Sequence record: SRR9188676_2819
DNA length: 47,272 nt
Reading direction: 5' to 3' (one strand)
Both the position numbers and the translations under genes were made by a program. This document shows, in pieces, positions 44,774-47,272 of this stretch. The notes under the pieces were generated by a model that was not told where the DNA came from, did no database searches, and was given only the letters and a program-made list of their open reading frames with translations. Each line of letters opens with the position of its first letter. The stretch's first letter is position 1.

Positions 44774-45910
44774 CTAGCTTAATCTGTCTTTAAAGCTTTC
44801 ATAACCAAAAGATTTTACCAAATCAAAAGTATCATTTTCTCTCCAAATACCAATTGAAGGTAAATTTACACCATTAAAGGTTGTCGTTTTTACCATTGTA
44901 TAATGTATCATGTCATCAAAAACGATTGAATCTCCAATTTTTAAAGGTTCATCAAATGAGTAATCCCCATAAAAATCACCCGCCAAACAAGTCATACCAC
45001 CAAAACGATAAGTATGTTTTCCCGCTACTGGCTCTTGATGCGCACCTAAAATTTTTGGTTTATAAGGCATTTCTAAAGTATCAGGCATGTGAGCAGCAAA
45101 ACTTACATCCAAAATTGCCACATTAATTCCTTGAGAATCAAGAATATCAAGGACTGTAGAAGTTAAGTAACCTGTTCTCCAACCCACCGCTGAACCCGGC
45201 TCTAAAATAATTTTCAGATTTGGAAATCTACTTTTTAATCCTTTTAATACTGAAATTAAATGTTCAGGCTCGTAGTCAGCACGAGTAATCAAATGTCCTC
45301 CACCTAAATTCAGCCATTTAGCTTGTTTTAATAAATCACCGAAACGCTCTTCGATGGCTTTCAAAGTACGTTCCAAAGTATAAGAATCGTTTTCGCATAA
45401 AGTATGCGAATGCAATCCTTCAATACCTTCTGGTAAAGTATCTCCTAACTGATTACGAGTAATTCCCAATCGAGAACCCGCAATACATGGATTATACATA
45501 TCTGTTTCTACTTCCGAATATTGAGGATTGATACGAAGTCCGCAACTAATACCGTTTGCGATTGATTTTTCTTTGAATTTTTCAAATTGATTCAAAGAGT
45601 TAAAAGAAATATGTGATGAGTAAGAAAGTAATTCATCAAATTCTTTATCCAAATAAGCGGGCGAATATACATGAGCTTTTGAACCCATTTCTTCAAAAGC
45701 CAAACGAGCTTCATGTAGAGAACTTGCCGTTGCCCCAGCCAAATACTGACGAACCATTGGAAAAGTAGAGAACATCGAAAAGCCTTTTAAAGCACAGATG
45801 ATTTCGATGCCAGCTTGCTGCTGAACATATTGTAATAGCTCTAAATTTTTACGTAATAACCTATCTTCTAATACATAACAAGGAGAAGGTATTTGTGAGA
45901 AATCAATCAT
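44774..45910 (-). CDS. nspC: Carboxynorspermidine decarboxylase
   Basis: ALKGFS, YNPCIAGSRLG, HTLCE, NLGGGH, HMPDTLEMPY, CLAGD, HYTMVKTTTFNG. Confidence 0.95.
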   Translation of the reverse strand: MIDFSQIPSPCYVLEDRLLRKNLELLQYVQQQAGIEIICALKGFSMFSTFPMVRQYLAGATASSLHEARLAFEEMGSKAHVYSPAYLDKEFDELLSYSSHISFNSLNQFEKFKEKSIANGISCGLRINPQYSEVETDMYNPCIAGSRLGITRNQLGDTLPEGIEGLHSHTLCENDSYTLERTLKAIEERFGDLLKQAKWLNLGGGHLITRADYEPEHLISVLKGLKSRFPNLKIILEPGSAVGWRTGYLTSTVLDILDSQGINVAILDVSFAAHMPDTLEMPYKPKILGAHQEPVAGKHTYRFGGMTCLAGDFYGDYSFDEPLKIGDSIVFDDMIHYTMVKTTTFNGVNLPSIGIWRENDTFDLVKSFGYESFKDRLS

Positions 45911-45976
45911 ATTAAATTGAAATTGATTATCAGGAAAGTAATTTACTTGCCGTTGATTGTATAATTCTTAATTATT

Positions 45977-46007
45977 AAAATTGCCCGTATTTTTCAACAC
46001 GGGCAAT
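45977..46007 (-). terminator. Stem-loop between the two polyamine genes
   Basis: ATTGCCCGT...ACGGGCAAT with a short A-tract on its left. Confidence 0.5.
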
Positions 46008-46059
46008 GGATTTTATCATTTTGATGTAATTATAAATTCTTTCAAAAACTTGAGTACTA

Positions 46060-47272
46060 CTAATACTCATGCGGAAGTGTTCCGTTGATTTCTTCGTTCC
46101 AAGGCAAACCATGAATATTCAACATTGCCATGAATGGATCTGGATTTAATTCTTCACAATTCCAAACGCCTGGTTTCATCCATTCTCCTGTAATCATCAT
46201 CATTGCCCCAATCATTGCTGGGACACCTGTTGTATAACTTACGCCTTGGGCTTGTACTTCTTTCCAACAATCTTGGTGCTTACAGTTATTCCAAACGTAA
46301 TATGTTTTTTCAACGCCATCCTTGATACCTTTGATTTGGCAACCAATTGAAGTTTCGCCAGTGTAGTTTTCTCCTAAAGAACCCGGTTCTGGAAGTACAG
46401 CTTTCAAAAATTCAAGTGGTACAATATCAACTCCTTGGAATTTAATTGGAGCAATTGATGTCATACCAACATTTTCCAATACTTGTAAGTGAGTAATATA
46501 TTGTTGACCGAAAGTCATCCAGAATCTAGCACGCTTCAATGTAGGGAAGTTTTTTACCAACGATTCTAATTCTTCGTGATATAACACATAAGATTCTTTT
46601 GGTCCAATTCCTGGATATTCAATTGGTTTATGGATTGACATAGCGTCAATCTCAACCCATTCTCCATTTTCCCAATAACGACCTTTTTGAGTAATCTCAC
46701 GAATATTAATTTCAGGGTTGAAATTAGTAGCAAAAGCTTTTCCGTGGTCACCAGCATTACAGTCTATAATATCCAAATAGTGCATTTCATCGAAATGGTG
46801 TTTATTGGCATAAGCTGTATAAACTTGCGTAACACCAGGGTCGAATCCACAACCTAATAAAGCCATTAAACCAGCTTCTTTAAAGCGTTCTTGATAAGCC
46901 CATTGCCAAGAATATTCAAATTTAGCAACATCTTTAGGCTCATAATTAGCAGTATCCATATAATGTACTCCTGTTTCCAAACAAGCATCCATAATGGTTA
47001 AATCTTGATATGGAAGAGCCACATTGATAACCATAAAAGGTTTTACTTGATTAATCAAAGCAACCAATTCTGGCACATTATCAGCATCTACTTGCGCAGT
47101 TTCTACTTTGGTTGGTAAACCTATTTTAGCACATTCTTCAGCAATAGCATCACATTTACGTTTTGTACGGCTTGCTAAAACTACTTCAGAAAATACTTCT
47201 GGATTCATGGCACATTTCTTTACTACTACATTTCCTACGCCACCTGCACCAATAATTAAAACTTTCTTACCC
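46060..47272 (-). CDS. Carboxynorspermidine/carboxyspermidine dehydrogenase (saccharopine dehydrogenase family); start codon at window edge
   Basis: Frame extends to the edge as GKKVLIIGAGGVG; NVALPYQD, GFDPG, FATNFNPEINIRE; adjacent to nspC. Confidence 0.93.
   Translation of the reverse strand, partial: GKKVLIIGAGGVGNVVVKKCAMNPEVFSEVVLASRTKRKCDAIAEECAKIGLPTKVETAQVDADNVPELVALINQVKPFMVINVALPYQDLTIMDACLETGVHYMDTANYEPKDVAKFEYSWQWAYQERFKEAGLMALLGCGFDPGVTQVYTAYANKHHFDEMHYLDIIDCNAGDHGKAFATNFNPEINIREITQKGRYWENGEWVEIDAMSIHKPIEYPGIGPKESYVLYHEELESLVKNFPTLKRARFWMTFGQQYITHLQVLENVGMTSIAPIKFQGVDIVPLEFLKAVLPEPGSLGENYTGETSIGCQIKGIKDGVEKTYYVWNNCKHQDCWKEVQAQGVSYTTGVPAMIGAMMMITGEWMKPGVWNCEELNPDPFMAMLNIHGLPWNEEINGTLPHEY

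Overview
AT-rich chromosomal window from a Bacteroidota bacterium; gene content (SusC/SusD, ECF/anti-sigma, TAnnTTTG promoters) suggests Cytophagales, which is an inference. Most of it is core or housekeeping: a TolC-CzcB-CzcA heavy-metal RND efflux operon, an rRNA-type methyltransferase, EVE, menB/menE, a Rieske lipoprotein, a zincin-propeller-Omp85 protein, a LytS-type kinase, nhaD, an OmpR-family two-component pair, hemL, elaA, tex, dinB-family, NlpC/P60, a GH78 rhamnosidase, two amidohydrolase genes, an ECF sigma with a truncated anti-sigma before susCD, and the carboxynorspermidine genes. A ~3.5 kb accessory islet (30429-33850) carries a DUF4172-Fic gene under a perfect 30-bp inverted repeat, convergent with an ATPase + HNH pair (Septu/PtuAB-like, no reverse transcriptase). 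The intergenic DNA is unusually structured: a consensus promoter inside an inverted repeat before a 22-aa hydrophobic ORF, an 11-bp-phased repeat array with a terminated leader before nhaD, a GTAG-REP cluster, several head-to-head 7/8-mer repeat arrays and tandem LacI-type operators. No rRNA, tRNA, CRISPR array, integrase or transposase was recognised. All family calls come from motif recognition by eye, not database searches.
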